Assembly: GCA_028704885.1 (NCBI GenBank)
Contig: JAQWEN010000001.1
Coordinates: 350,679 to 414,678 of the forward strand
DNA length: 64,000 nucleotides
Direction: 5' to 3'
Source of the DNA: Candidatus Shapirobacteria bacterium
GTDB taxonomy: Bacteria > Patescibacteriota > Microgenomatia > UBA12405
Below are positions 19,572 through 28,672 of the stretch, piece by piece (the first letter of the stretch is position 1; every line of letters begins with the position of its first letter). The position numbers and the translations under genes were made by a program. The notes below the pieces were generated by a model. The model was not told where the DNA came from. It was given only the letters and a program-made list of their open reading frames with translations, and did no database searches.

Positions 19572-20640
19572 GAATTAATCTTAAAAATTTTGGATTATCA
19601 GTTACTTTGATAATATTATTTTTGGTTTTAATAGAAATTAATTTATCTATGGAATTTAAAAGATTAATATTATTTAGATTTTTTTCTTCGATTATTTCAG
19701 TAATTTGAGGTAATTTTTCTTTTACCCAAAGGGCATTTAAAAATTGTTCATTTTGTTGACTGACTTTTAAAGGAATTAAAATAGATTTTTTATTTAAAGC
19801 GACGATTTCTTGGCTAGTGTTGGCTCCAGAGCGACTAATAATTAAATTTGATTTATTTAAACTGTAAGCCATATCATTGGCATCTAGATAATCAAAAGCC
19901 TGATAGTTAGAATATTTTTTTTCTAATTTTTTAAATTTGGAAAAATCATTTTTGCCTGTTTGATGAACAATAGAATATTTTTTTAATTGAGGTAAAAGAT
20001 TTTTGATAAATAAATTAATAGTATGAGAACCCTGATTACCGGCGGTAATAAAAATGTCGATTGGATCCCCTATTTTTGATTTTTTAGGATTAAAAAGTTC
20101 TTGACGTAAAAGATTTCCAGTAACAACTATTTTATTTTTGGGAAGGTTATCTTTTTGTTTTTGATTATTAAAAGAAAGAGCAACTATATTGACAAAAAGA
20201 CTATTAATTTTAGTAGTTAAACTGTTAGTTAAAGTTTGTTCATGGGTAATTGAGGGAATTTTTTTAAAAAAACCACTGATAATAATTGGAACAGAAACAT
20301 AGCCACCAAAAGAGACAATAATATCCGGTTTTATTTTTTTAATTAATCCAAAAGCCTTGAAAATTGATTTAGTGGTTTGGGGGAGACCTTTAAGGGTGTT
20401 TGGAAGCCAACGACGGTCTAATTTTCCACAATCAATTGAATAAAAATTGATCCCAATCTTGGGAATAATTTTTGATTCTATGGAAGGAGTATCATCAACA
20501 CTGGAATTATTTTTTCGACCGATATAATTTATTTGCCAAGCAATTTTAGGATCTGTCTTTAATTGTCGAATGAGTTCTAGAGCTGGAGTGAGATGTGTCC
20601 CGGTGATAATAATCGTCTTTTTTGTTTTGACTGTGGTCAC
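19558..20640 (-). CDS. murG: MurG lipid II GlcNAc transferase
   Basis: HLTPAL, GKLDR, SFGGYVSVP, HEQ, TGNLLR, ISRSGANT, EQ..NA; GTG start at 20640 chosen from a TGnTATACT box 6 nt upstream. Confidence 0.88.
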   Translation of the reverse strand: MTTVKTKKTIIITGTHLTPALELIRQLKTDPKIAWQINYIGRKNNSSVDDTPSIESKIIPKIGINFYSIDCGKLDRRWLPNTLKGLPQTTKSIFKAFGLIKKIKPDIIVSFGGYVSVPIIISGFFKKIPSITHEQTLTNSLTTKINSLFVNIVALSFNNQKQKDNLPKNKIVVTGNLLRQELFNPKKSKIGDPIDIFITAGNQGSHTINLFIKNLLPQLKKYSIVHQTGKNDFSKFKKLEKKYSNYQAFDYLDANDMAYSLNKSNLIISRSGANTSQEIVALNKKSILIPLKVSQQNEQFLNALWVKEKLPQITEIIEEKNLNNINLLNSIDKLISIKTKNNIIKVTDNPKFLRLIHEII

Positions 20641-21724
20641 TCTTTGAGTATAACAGCATTTTTTGGTTTTTTTCGACATTTCTGACCAAACCAATGGCGA
20701 CAAAAAGAGTTAAAAGTGATGATCCCCCGTAGGAAATAAAAGGAAGAGGAACCCCAGTTAATGGAATTAAGGCAGCGATAGCGGAAATATTAATTAAACT
20801 TTGATAGGCAATCCAACAAGCGGTACCGGAAACTAGTAAACTTTGGAATGGATCAACTATTGTTTGAGAAAATTTTAGCAAGTAATTTATTAAAGAAAGA
20901 TATATTAACAGAACGACAAAGAGACCAATAAAACCAATTTCCTCTCCTATAACAGCCAGAATTGAATCGGTTGATATTTTGGGTAAAAATTTATATTTTT
21001 GGTCTGAATTGGCAAAACCTTTACCAAAGAGGCCTCCAGATGAAAGAGTCAAAATAATTTGATTACTGTGATAAGAAGAAGTTTCTTGATTTTGTTGTGG
21101 TTCTAGAAAAGTTTTTAGTCTGGCAGATCGATAAGGAGAAAGAAAAATTAGAGGGATACTTAAAACTAAAATAAGACTAATAATTCCAAACAAAGGCATA
21201 ACGTCGCCACCGGAAAGATAATAAATAGAACCAACAATTGCAGAAATTAGAATGGCGGTACTTAAATTTGGTTCGATGATTATAAGAATAAAAGGAATTC
21301 CTAAGTAAAGAATTAAATTTTTTATATGACGTTTTTCTTCTTTAGAAAAGAGATAAGCAAAATAAATGACAGAGCTTAGTTTTAAAATTTCTGATGGCTG
21401 GATGCTGGTAAAACCTAAATTAAGCCAACGTCTGGCCCCTAAAGCCTGATTGCCAAGTCCGGGAATTAAAACTAATATTAGGCCTAAAATAGAAGCTAGA
21501 TAAAAAATAAATGAAAATTTTTTAATAGTTTCAATTTTAATTTTAGAGGTTATATAAAAAGAAACTAGGCCTAATGCAAGCCAAAATCCCTGTTTTTTAA
21601 TAAAGAAAAATTTATCTCCGATAGTGGAATTGGCCTCACTTAAAGAAGAAATAGAAATAAAAATAAGACCAATAAAAATGAGACTAAAAACTAAAAATAG
21701 TAAGGGCGATTTAGTTTTTTTCAT
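20546..21724 (-). CDS. ftsW: SEDS protein FtsW
   Basis: GARRW, IQPSE, EPNLST, GGLFGKG, LP...TDSI, PLTGVPLPFISYGGSS; within dcw. Confidence 0.9.
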   Translation of the reverse strand: MKKTKSPLLFLVFSLIFIGLIFISISSLSEANSTIGDKFFFIKKQGFWLALGLVSFYITSKIKIETIKKFSFIFYLASILGLILVLIPGLGNQALGARRWLNLGFTSIQPSEILKLSSVIYFAYLFSKEEKRHIKNLILYLGIPFILIIIEPNLSTAILISAIVGSIYYLSGGDVMPLFGIISLILVLSIPLIFLSPYRSARLKTFLEPQQNQETSSYHSNQIILTLSSGGLFGKGFANSDQKYKFLPKISTDSILAVIGEEIGFIGLFVVLLIYLSLINYLLKFSQTIVDPFQSLLVSGTACWIAYQSLINISAIAALIPLTGVPLPFISYGGSSLLTLFVAIGLVRNVEKNQKMLLYSKSDHSQNKKDDYYHRDTSHSSSRTHSTIKDRS

Positions 21725-22826
21725 TTAAATTTTTAGGAATAGAAATTGGATTAGTGGTTTTGGATAAAGGATAAGAAAAATTTATTTTTTTACAGGTATA
21801 GTTATCTTTATTTTTAGGAGTTATTTCAGAGCCAATAATTTTTTTGTTATTAAATCTAGCTTGTTCGGATTTTATATCGATTTGATAATCAATTTTCAAA
21901 AATTCAGCTAAGTGAAAATAAAAAAGAGGAATAACTTTCTGATCAAGTTCAAGCTTGGTATAAAAAGCAAAGGAAGCAGTTAATCGAGGGTTACATTCTA
22001 GAAGATAAACCTTATTTTTATCAATCAAAAAATCAAGACCAAAAAATCCCTTATAACCAATTTCTTTTATAATTTTTCCAAAATTTTCGGTTATGGTATT
22101 AATTTCTTCGACTATTTTTGGTGGAGCAAAAGATGGCCATTGACGACCAACTGTAGTAAAAGGGTTTTGAGTAAAAGGTTTAATGCCAGTATATTGAAGG
22201 GCAGGAGGACTTTGAATTAGACCAAACTTGGTAAGACTGCAATTGTTTAACAAAGAATAAGAAGATGCAATAAAAGGGCTGTATTTAGTAATAACTTCTG
22301 AAGAAATTTTATCTTTAATTTCATCCCAATTTGAGGCAGAAAAGGTACTGTTTCCGGCCCAACCAAAATGAGTTTGGAGAACTAATTTTTGACCATAAAG
22401 TTGTTGATATTTTAAAAAGTTTTTTTGATTAAAGGTATCTATAGAAAAAGGAATTGTCGGCAGATTGTATTTTTGACAAAGCTTAGCAAATTTAATTTTA
22501 TCTTCTAAAAAGCGATTGATCGGCGAGGGATTACTGACATTTACCCAATTATTTCGTTGACATAAAATGTCAATTTTAGCTGATGGTTTAAATGGGATTA
22601 TGGCTGGAATAAGAGAATTTGAAGTCGATTTTATGTATTCAATTACTTTAGAATTACTAAGAAGTTTACCGCTATTTTTAATTTTTATAGATGGATAATC
22701 AGAGAGATAAATTTTATGAAAATTTTTAAGTTGAGGTAAATTGATATCTAAAAATTTATCAACGACTAAAAAATAGAAGGCAAATTTTGAATTATTGATG
22801 ATATTTTCTAAATTTATCTTTGACAT
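21711..22826 (-). CDS. ATP-grasp domain ligase, unknown substrate
   Basis: EDKIKF, GWAGNSTF loop, GFFGLDF, LLECNPR (ExNxR). Confidence 0.8.
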   Translation of the reverse strand: MSKINLENIINNSKFAFYFLVVDKFLDINLPQLKNFHKIYLSDYPSIKIKNSGKLLSNSKVIEYIKSTSNSLIPAIIPFKPSAKIDILCQRNNWVNVSNPSPINRFLEDKIKFAKLCQKYNLPTIPFSIDTFNQKNFLKYQQLYGQKLVLQTHFGWAGNSTFSASNWDEIKDKISSEVITKYSPFIASSYSLLNNCSLTKFGLIQSPPALQYTGIKPFTQNPFTTVGRQWPSFAPPKIVEEINTITENFGKIIKEIGYKGFFGLDFLIDKNKVYLLECNPRLTASFAFYTKLELDQKVIPLFYFHLAEFLKIDYQIDIKSEQARFNNKKIIGSEITPKNKDNYTCKKINFSYPLSKTTNPISIPKNLNEKN

Positions 22827-23587
22827 CCGGTGAGTATTATGACTGGATAATCGCCAACATCTAAATTATTTTTTATAGCTTTTTTTAGGCCAGCAAAAGC
22901 CATCGCACCTTCAAGAGAAGTTTTAATGTTGTTTGATTCTAGCGTTTTTTGAGCTTCTAAAATATCTTGATTTTGGATAATTAACTCTGAACCTTTAGAA
23001 TTTTTGACAGTGGAATTAACTTTATTTTTTAAAGGTTGATATTTAACAGTTAAAGCATCAGTTAAGATGGTGTTTTCTGGTTTAACAGCAAAAAATTTGA
23101 CAGATGGACTTAAAGCCTGGGAAATACCTAAAAGAGTGGTGCCGCTACCGACAGGAACAAAAATACTGGTTATTTGAGGTAATTCACTTACTAATTCTTT
23201 GCCAATTTCTTGATAACCAATTAAGGCTGATGGATCAGTTGATTGGCGAAGAAAATAGGCTTTATTTTTTTTGGAAAATTTAATAGCATCACTGATGGGT
23301 TTGTCGGAAATAATTATTTGACAATTATTTTTTTTAATTAAATCAAGTTTGTTTTGGTTGACTTTTGGAGAAAGGAAAACAGTTAAATTAATTTGATTAA
23401 GATGACAAAAATAGACAGCAGAAATAGCAGCGTTGCCAGTACTGGAAATAACAGCACTCTTAAAACCTTGTTTTTTTAAATTTGCTATTTGAAAAATTAA
23501 GCTTCGGTCTTTAGCTGAACCAGTAATATTAAGATCTTCTCTTTTAAAATATATATTTTCTAATTTAATTAAAGGAGTGTTTGCCAT
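22814..23587 (-). CDS. Fold-type-II PLP-dependent enzyme (threonine-synthase/cysteine-synthase-like, short)
   Basis: TPL, KREDLNITGSAKDR (PLP Lys), SSTGNAA, VPVGSGT, ILTG. Confidence 0.85.
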   Translation of the reverse strand: MANTPLIKLENIYFKREDLNITGSAKDRSLIFQIANLKKQGFKSAVISSTGNAAISAVYFCHLNQINLTVFLSPKVNQNKLDLIKKNNCQIIISDKPISDAIKFSKKNKAYFLRQSTDPSALIGYQEIGKELVSELPQITSIFVPVGSGTTLLGISQALSPSVKFFAVKPENTILTDALTVKYQPLKNKVNSTVKNSKGSELIIQNQDILEAQKTLESNNIKTSLEGAMAFAGLKKAIKNNLDVGDYPVIILTGCQR

Positions 23588-23627
23588 ATAATAGCTTAAT
23601 TATACTAGTTATTAATTTTAATAAAAC

Positions 23628-23786
23628 ATGAACGAAAAAGTTATTTGTCCGGATTGTCAAACAGAAATTGAATTAATTGAAGCCACAATGGTTGGAGATA
23701 TTATTGAATGTCCAGAATGTGGGACCGAAGTAGAAATTTTATCTCTAAATCCCCTAAAATATCGGGAATTAATTGAGGAAAAGTAA
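23628..23786 (+). CDS. LysW-like Zn-ribbon small protein (52 aa; below ORF-track cutoff)
   Basis: Own translation: MNEKVICPDCQTEIELIEATMVGDIIECPECGTEVEILSLNPLKYRELIEEK; two CxxC and GxxxEV..LxPL pattern as in LysW. Confidence 0.8.
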   Translation: MNEKVICPDCQTEIELIEATMVGDIIECPECGTEVEILSLNPLKYRELIEEK

Positions 23787-24323
23787 TCGATAAAAACCTT
23801 GATGGATAAATTTTTTATCAGTAAGATCGGCTTGGCCATATTTTACTCCCCTACCAGAAAAAGAACTATCAACATAATTGATAATATTACCCTGTTTTTC
23901 GATGATAAATAAAACATGGTGACCATTTTTTTGGCGGACTAAATCACCGGTTTGAATGTTGTTTAAATCGGTTATTTCCTTGGAAATTGGAGCGGAGGTA
24001 AGCATGTCAGCGGAAGTTTTTCGGGGATTAAGGTTAGTTTCAAAATAAAAATTTAACAATTGGCAAACAAGACCAGAACAATCGATTCCAAGATGATTCT
24101 TTTTTTGAAAGTTATAAAATTCTTGATTGGTTAATTTAACCAAATCTATTTTTTGTTTTTGAGCAAGTCTAATAGTTTCAGTAGCAATTTGTCGATAATT
24201 GCCTTTACCACCAAGAAATTGTTCCTTAATTATTTTGCCGTCTTTAAGGATGTTTTTACTATAGGGTAAGCCAATATAATATTGAATTTCCTGTTTTAAT
24301 AAATCTAATTTATTCCCAGCCAT
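23769..24323 (-). CDS. NlpC/P60-family cysteine peptidase
   Basis: YIGLPY, GIDCSGLV (catalytic Cys), GDLV, GHHV; start moved to MAGNK. Confidence 0.75.
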   Translation of the reverse strand: MAGNKLDLLKQEIQYYIGLPYSKNILKDGKIIKEQFLGGKGNYRQIATETIRLAQKQKIDLVKLTNQEFYNFQKKNHLGIDCSGLVCQLLNFYFETNLNPRKTSADMLTSAPISKEITDLNNIQTGDLVRQKNGHHVLFIIEKQGNIINYVDSSFSGRGVKYGQADLTDKKFIHQGFYRLLFLN

Positions 24324-25339
24324 AATCCAAAAATTGCTAATATAATCCCAGCTAACCAAGCGCGCATAACTATCTTTGGTTCTTCCCAACCAATACTTTG
24401 AAGAGTTAAATGAAGAGGGGCAGCGGGAAATATTTTTCTTTTTAAATATTTTTTACTAAGTAATTGAATGCCACTAGACATACCTTCGATAATGAAAGGA
24501 GCACCGACAATTATTAAGGGGACTATTTTTCCTAAAAGAAGAGCAATAACAGCGAAGGTGGCTCCAAAAGAAAGGGAACCAACATCACCAAGCCAAATTC
24601 TGGCTGGATAGACATTAAAATATAAGAAAGCGATTAGGGCGCCAATCCAAAGAGCTAAAAATGAGGAAATAACAGTATCTAGAGAATTATTGGCTAAAAT
24701 CCAAAATGCAAATAAAGCAATCATTAGTAATCCACTAGAAAGTCCATCTAGACCGTCAGTAATATTAAAGAAATTAGCAAAACCAGTAATAATAATAGTA
24801 GAAATGGGAATGAAGAAAAAACTCAGATGAACAGCTCCGAAAAATGGTAGATAAATAAATTCTATTTTTAGTTGAAAATAAATCATTAAAGAAATAATTA
24901 ACGAAATTATTATTTGTAAAATGAATTTATGGATCATTCTTAATCCAAAAAAACCAGTTCTTTTAAAGCCAAAGAATTTATTAATATCATCGTAAAGACC
25001 TAATAATCCGAAACTAATAAAGGTAAAGAATAGAATAAATAATTCTTGTTCTATGTTGTAATTAGAGGAAATAAAAATTCGAGAGAATTTGAGAATAGGG
25101 AAAAGAATTATAAACATGAGGCAAACAGAGACGATGATTAACAGGCCTCCACCGACAGGAGTTCCTGATTTTTGATTGTGAAATTTATCAAAAATAGTGG
25201 TTCTTTTATTTTGAAAATCAGTGGTTTTTTGAACTTGTCGTTGGAATTTTAGTTTATAAAGAAGATTAATAAAAGGAACAACTAAAATACTAGAGATTAA
25301 GAAGGAAAAAAGGACTAGACCGAGATATAAGTGCATCAT
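24305..25339 (-). CDS. mraY: Phospho-N-acetylmuramoyl-pentapeptide transferase
   Basis: KSGTPVGGG, GLYDD, NITDGLDGL, WLGDVGS, APLH. Confidence 0.93.
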   Translation of the reverse strand: MMHLYLGLVLFSFLISSILVVPFINLLYKLKFQRQVQKTTDFQNKRTTIFDKFHNQKSGTPVGGGLLIIVSVCLMFIILFPILKFSRIFISSNYNIEQELFILFFTFISFGLLGLYDDINKFFGFKRTGFFGLRMIHKFILQIIISLIISLMIYFQLKIEFIYLPFFGAVHLSFFFIPISTIIITGFANFFNITDGLDGLSSGLLMIALFAFWILANNSLDTVISSFLALWIGALIAFLYFNVYPARIWLGDVGSLSFGATFAVIALLLGKIVPLIIVGAPFIIEGMSSGIQLLSKKYLKRKIFPAAPLHLTLQSIGWEEPKIVMRAWLAGIILAIFGLWLGIN

Positions 25340-25343
25340 AAAT

Positions 25344-26672
25344 TTAGGTTTTTATATACTCTATGTTAGCACCTAAAGAACAAAGACGTTCAGCTAATTT
25401 TTCATATCCTCTTTCAATATATTCAACACCGTCAATAATTGAAATGCCGGGTGCTGTAAGAGCGGCAACAGTGGCGGAAGCTCCAGCTCGAAGGTCGTTA
25501 ATGACAAAATTGGCTGGTTTGAGCATGGTGGGTCCATAAATTTTTACACCGTGGAAATATTCTGGATTATCACTGGCTTGGTTAAATTGATAGTAACTAT
25601 CAGGATCGTCAATGATTGGATTAAAAAATTTAAATTTGCTGCCCATTTTTTTAAGATTTTCAATGTGTTGAAATCTGTTTGGAAAAACTGTTTCAATAAG
25701 AGAACTACAACCGACAGTTTGGGTTAAAAGTACAGTAAAAATTGCCTGCCAGTCAGTCATAAATCCTGGTTCTGGGCCAGTTTCAATATCAATACTGGTT
25801 AACGGCTTTACCCATTGAATACAAATTTCATCATTACCAATTCTGACTTCGGCCCCCATTTTTTTTATAGTATCTAAAAAGGTTTTGACTATATCTGGTT
25901 TGATTCTTAAGATGCAGATAGAACCTTTGGTTGCCAAAGCGGCACAAGCAAAAGTAACAATTTCATTTCGATCACAAATTACACTGTGTTCGGTTCCATT
26001 TAGAGAAGAAACTCCCTGAATAGTAATTCTTTTTTCATCGGTTGGGTCTCTTTGAATTTTAGCCCCCATTTTATTTAACATTAAAATAAGATCATCTATT
26101 TCTGGTTCAAGAGCGGCATTATCAATAATGGTTTCACCTTCAGCTAGAACGGCGGTCATAATAATTACTTCGGTGACAGTATGAGATGGTTTGGTAAAAG
26201 TATAATGAGTACCAATAATTTTGTCGGTATTAAAGGTAATTTTATGATCTGTTTCGGAAACTTTAATATTCATTTGAGAGAAACAATCAAAAAGACGATC
26301 AAGAGGTCGGTTGCCTAATTTGTCTCCTCCTGGAGACGGAATGGTGGCGGTGCCAGTTCTGGCGAGAAGTGGAGCCACAAAAATAAAAGAAGTTCTAGAT
26401 TTTTCACCAGTACCACTGGGAACAATTGAATTAGTTATTTCTGGAGTAATTAATTCAAGACAATGCTCCCCTGTTTGTTTTACTTGACAGCCGAGACTTT
26501 TAGCAATACTGGTAGTTATTTTTACATCGGATATCTGAGGAACATTATTTAACAAGACGGTTTTGTCGGTCAACATTGAAGCAATTACTTGTTTGAAACT
26601 AGCGTTCTTGGCACCTCTAATAGAAACTTCGCCTTTAAGTTGTTTTCCGCCGGTTATTATGTATCTGGACAT
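25344..26672 (-). CDS. murA: UDP-N-acetylglucosamine 1-carboxyvinyltransferase
   Basis: GAKNA, PGGD(C->D)KLG.RP, PGF.TD.Q, DLRAGA, IERGYE. Confidence 0.93.
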   Translation of the reverse strand: MSRYIITGGKQLKGEVSIRGAKNASFKQVIASMLTDKTVLLNNVPQISDVKITTSIAKSLGCQVKQTGEHCLELITPEITNSIVPSGTGEKSRTSFIFVAPLLARTGTATIPSPGGDKLGNRPLDRLFDCFSQMNIKVSETDHKITFNTDKIIGTHYTFTKPSHTVTEVIIMTAVLAEGETIIDNAALEPEIDDLILMLNKMGAKIQRDPTDEKRITIQGVSSLNGTEHSVICDRNEIVTFACAALATKGSICILRIKPDIVKTFLDTIKKMGAEVRIGNDEICIQWVKPLTSIDIETGPEPGFMTDWQAIFTVLLTQTVGCSSLIETVFPNRFQHIENLKKMGSKFKFFNPIIDDPDSYYQFNQASDNPEYFHGVKIYGPTMLKPANFVINDLRAGASATVAALTAPGISIIDGVEYIERGYEKLAERLCSLGANIEYIKT

Positions 26673-26675
26673 AGT

Positions 26676-28049
26676 TTATTTTAAAGAATTAATAATAGAT
26701 TTGACAATCTTGTTTGCCTCAAAACCGCCAGAACTCATATTTATTAAAATGTCACCACTTTTAAGATTTTGTTTGTAAAAATTAACAATATCTTCGTCTA
26801 TGGGAATATAAATTAAATTTTGACCAATGATATCTCTAAAATCTTTGGCAGTACTGCGATTATTTTTGTCGATAATATTATTATAGTTTAATTTAGATAA
26901 AACAATTTCAGAAGCTAAAGAGAAAGCATTTTTAAAATCTTTTAAACTTTCTTTATGTTGAATAAAAGAGGCATGAGGTTGATATAAAACTTTGATATTT
27001 CTTTTGGGAAAATGAGATTTAATGGCTGATAATGTAGATTTGATTCTGTTTGAAGATTGGGCAAAATCATCAAAAATCATGATATTTTTTTTATCAATAA
27101 TTTTTTCGATTCGACGTTTAATGCCTTTAAAAGTTAAAACAGCCTTTTTAATATCTGTTTGATTTAGATTAAGACTGTCGGCCATAGCAACTGCGGCTAA
27201 AATATTTTCAAAATTTAGTTGGCCGATTAATTTGGTTTTAATTTGAATAGTATTTCTGGGAGTTCTAATCTCTAAAAGAGAATAATTCTTTTTTATTTTG
27301 ATATTTTTCAGATAATAATCGGAATTGGATGAATTATAAGTAATTATTTTCGATTTGGAATAAAGACTTAATTCTTTGGTTTGAAAGCCTTTGGAATTAA
27401 TAAGTAAAAATCCTTTTTCGGGAATATTAGTTATTAATTTTTTAAAAGCATTAAAATTAGCAATTTCGGTTGAATAGGAATCTTTGTGCTCCCAATCAGC
27501 ACTGGTTAATAATAAAAATCTGACTGGATAATACAAGAATTTGGCTTGATCGTCGAGTCCATGAATTGATTCATCAGCTTCGACAATAGACCAATCTGAG
27601 GAAGAAATATTGGTAGCCGGAAAATGGTTAATAGCTTCGCCGCCAAACATATAGTTTGGATTGAGATTTGATTGACAAAAAATCCAAGAAATTAAAGAAG
27701 TAATAGTTGTTTTACCATAAGTTCCGGCAATTAAAACAGAATTTTCTTTAATTAAGTTTTCGGCAATAAATTGACTTGCTGAAATATATTTTATATTTAA
27801 TTTTTTAATTTGGTCGAATTCTTCTTTGGTATTTTTAAAATTAGAAAATGAAGAACCGATTATGGCTAAGTCGATAGTGGAGTCAATTTTGGAAGAATTT
27901 ATTTTAATATCAGTTTTTTTAAGAAGAGTACTGACAGGGGGATATATTTTTTCCTGATCAGAACCGGTAACTATATGACCTTCTTTTTTAAGAGCAACAG
28001 CCAAGGAGGCCGTCATAGTTCCAGCTATTCCTAAAATATGGATGTGCAT
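26676..28049 (-). CDS. Mpl-like Mur ligase (MurC/Mpl family)
   Basis: N-terminus MHIHILGIAGT...VTGSD..IYPPVSTLL is Mpl-type; AGTYGKTT P-loop, EADE, FKGIKRR, DDFAQS, MSSGGF. Confidence 0.8.
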   Translation of the reverse strand: MHIHILGIAGTMTASLAVALKKEGHIVTGSDQEKIYPPVSTLLKKTDIKINSSKIDSTIDLAIIGSSFSNFKNTKEEFDQIKKLNIKYISASQFIAENLIKENSVLIAGTYGKTTITSLISWIFCQSNLNPNYMFGGEAINHFPATNISSSDWSIVEADESIHGLDDQAKFLYYPVRFLLLTSADWEHKDSYSTEIANFNAFKKLITNIPEKGFLLINSKGFQTKELSLYSKSKIITYNSSNSDYYLKNIKIKKNYSLLEIRTPRNTIQIKTKLIGQLNFENILAAVAMADSLNLNQTDIKKAVLTFKGIKRRIEKIIDKKNIMIFDDFAQSSNRIKSTLSAIKSHFPKRNIKVLYQPHASFIQHKESLKDFKNAFSLASEIVLSKLNYNNIIDKNNRSTAKDFRDIIGQNLIYIPIDEDIVNFYKQNLKSGDILINMSSGGFEANKIVKSIINSLK

Positions 28050-28076
28050 AATAAATTAATTTTTAATTTGAAATTT

Positions 28077-28670
28077 TTAAACATATGGAATCCAATTACT
28101 ATCTTTAAAATATTCAAAACCAGGCATATTTCTTTTGTAATAACCTGACTCTTGAGAAAAACGACCAAGATAACAATATTTTAAGCCTAATCCTTGACTG
28201 TCGATTATAACTTGGAGAACTAATCTGATTGGTAAATTACTGTTGGCAAAAGCTGGATTGTAAAAAACATAAGCAATATGGCTAATTTCTTTTGAAAAAT
28301 AACACAAAGAATAGGCAATAATTTTATTTTGATCGTCTTTCCAAATATATAGATAATTAAAAATATGATTTCTAAAAACGTTTTTTACGGAACTGACTGG
28401 AAAATCCCAAGCAAGGGTTTTTGTCCAACTAATAATTTCTTTTTGAATTTTAAAATTATAATCAAAATCTTTTAGAGCTATTTTTTCAAAAGTAAAGTTT
28501 TCGGTTTTTCTTAAAATTCGGCGATTTTCTGAACTTAAATTGAAATTTTCTAAATTAGAACGACAACTGGTTTGAAAATAAAATGAATTTTTATCGTTTC
28601 TTTGGGGTAAAAGTCCGTTTTTATAATTTTCCTCAATACTATTAGTATTTTTTAAATTGAATTGAGTCAT
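28077..28670 (-). CDS. Aminoacyl-tRNA--protein transferase-like protein (ATE1/Bpt C-terminal GNAT-like domain)
   Basis: F.LS...RRIL, AYVFYNP, L..I......GLKYCYLG, YK....GFEY pattern as in ATE/Bpt. Confidence 0.65.
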   Translation of the reverse strand: MTQFNLKNTNSIEENYKNGLLPQRNDKNSFYFQTSCRSNLENFNLSSENRRILRKTENFTFEKIALKDFDYNFKIQKEIISWTKTLAWDFPVSSVKNVFRNHIFNYLYIWKDDQNKIIAYSLCYFSKEISHIAYVFYNPAFANSNLPIRLVLQVIIDSQGLGLKYCYLGRFSQESGYYKRNMPGFEYFKDSNWIPYV

Positions 28671-28672
28671 TT

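Noticed and set aside
23657-23839. 60-aa minus-strand ORF
   Set aside because: Antisense to the LysW-like gene, which has clear motifs
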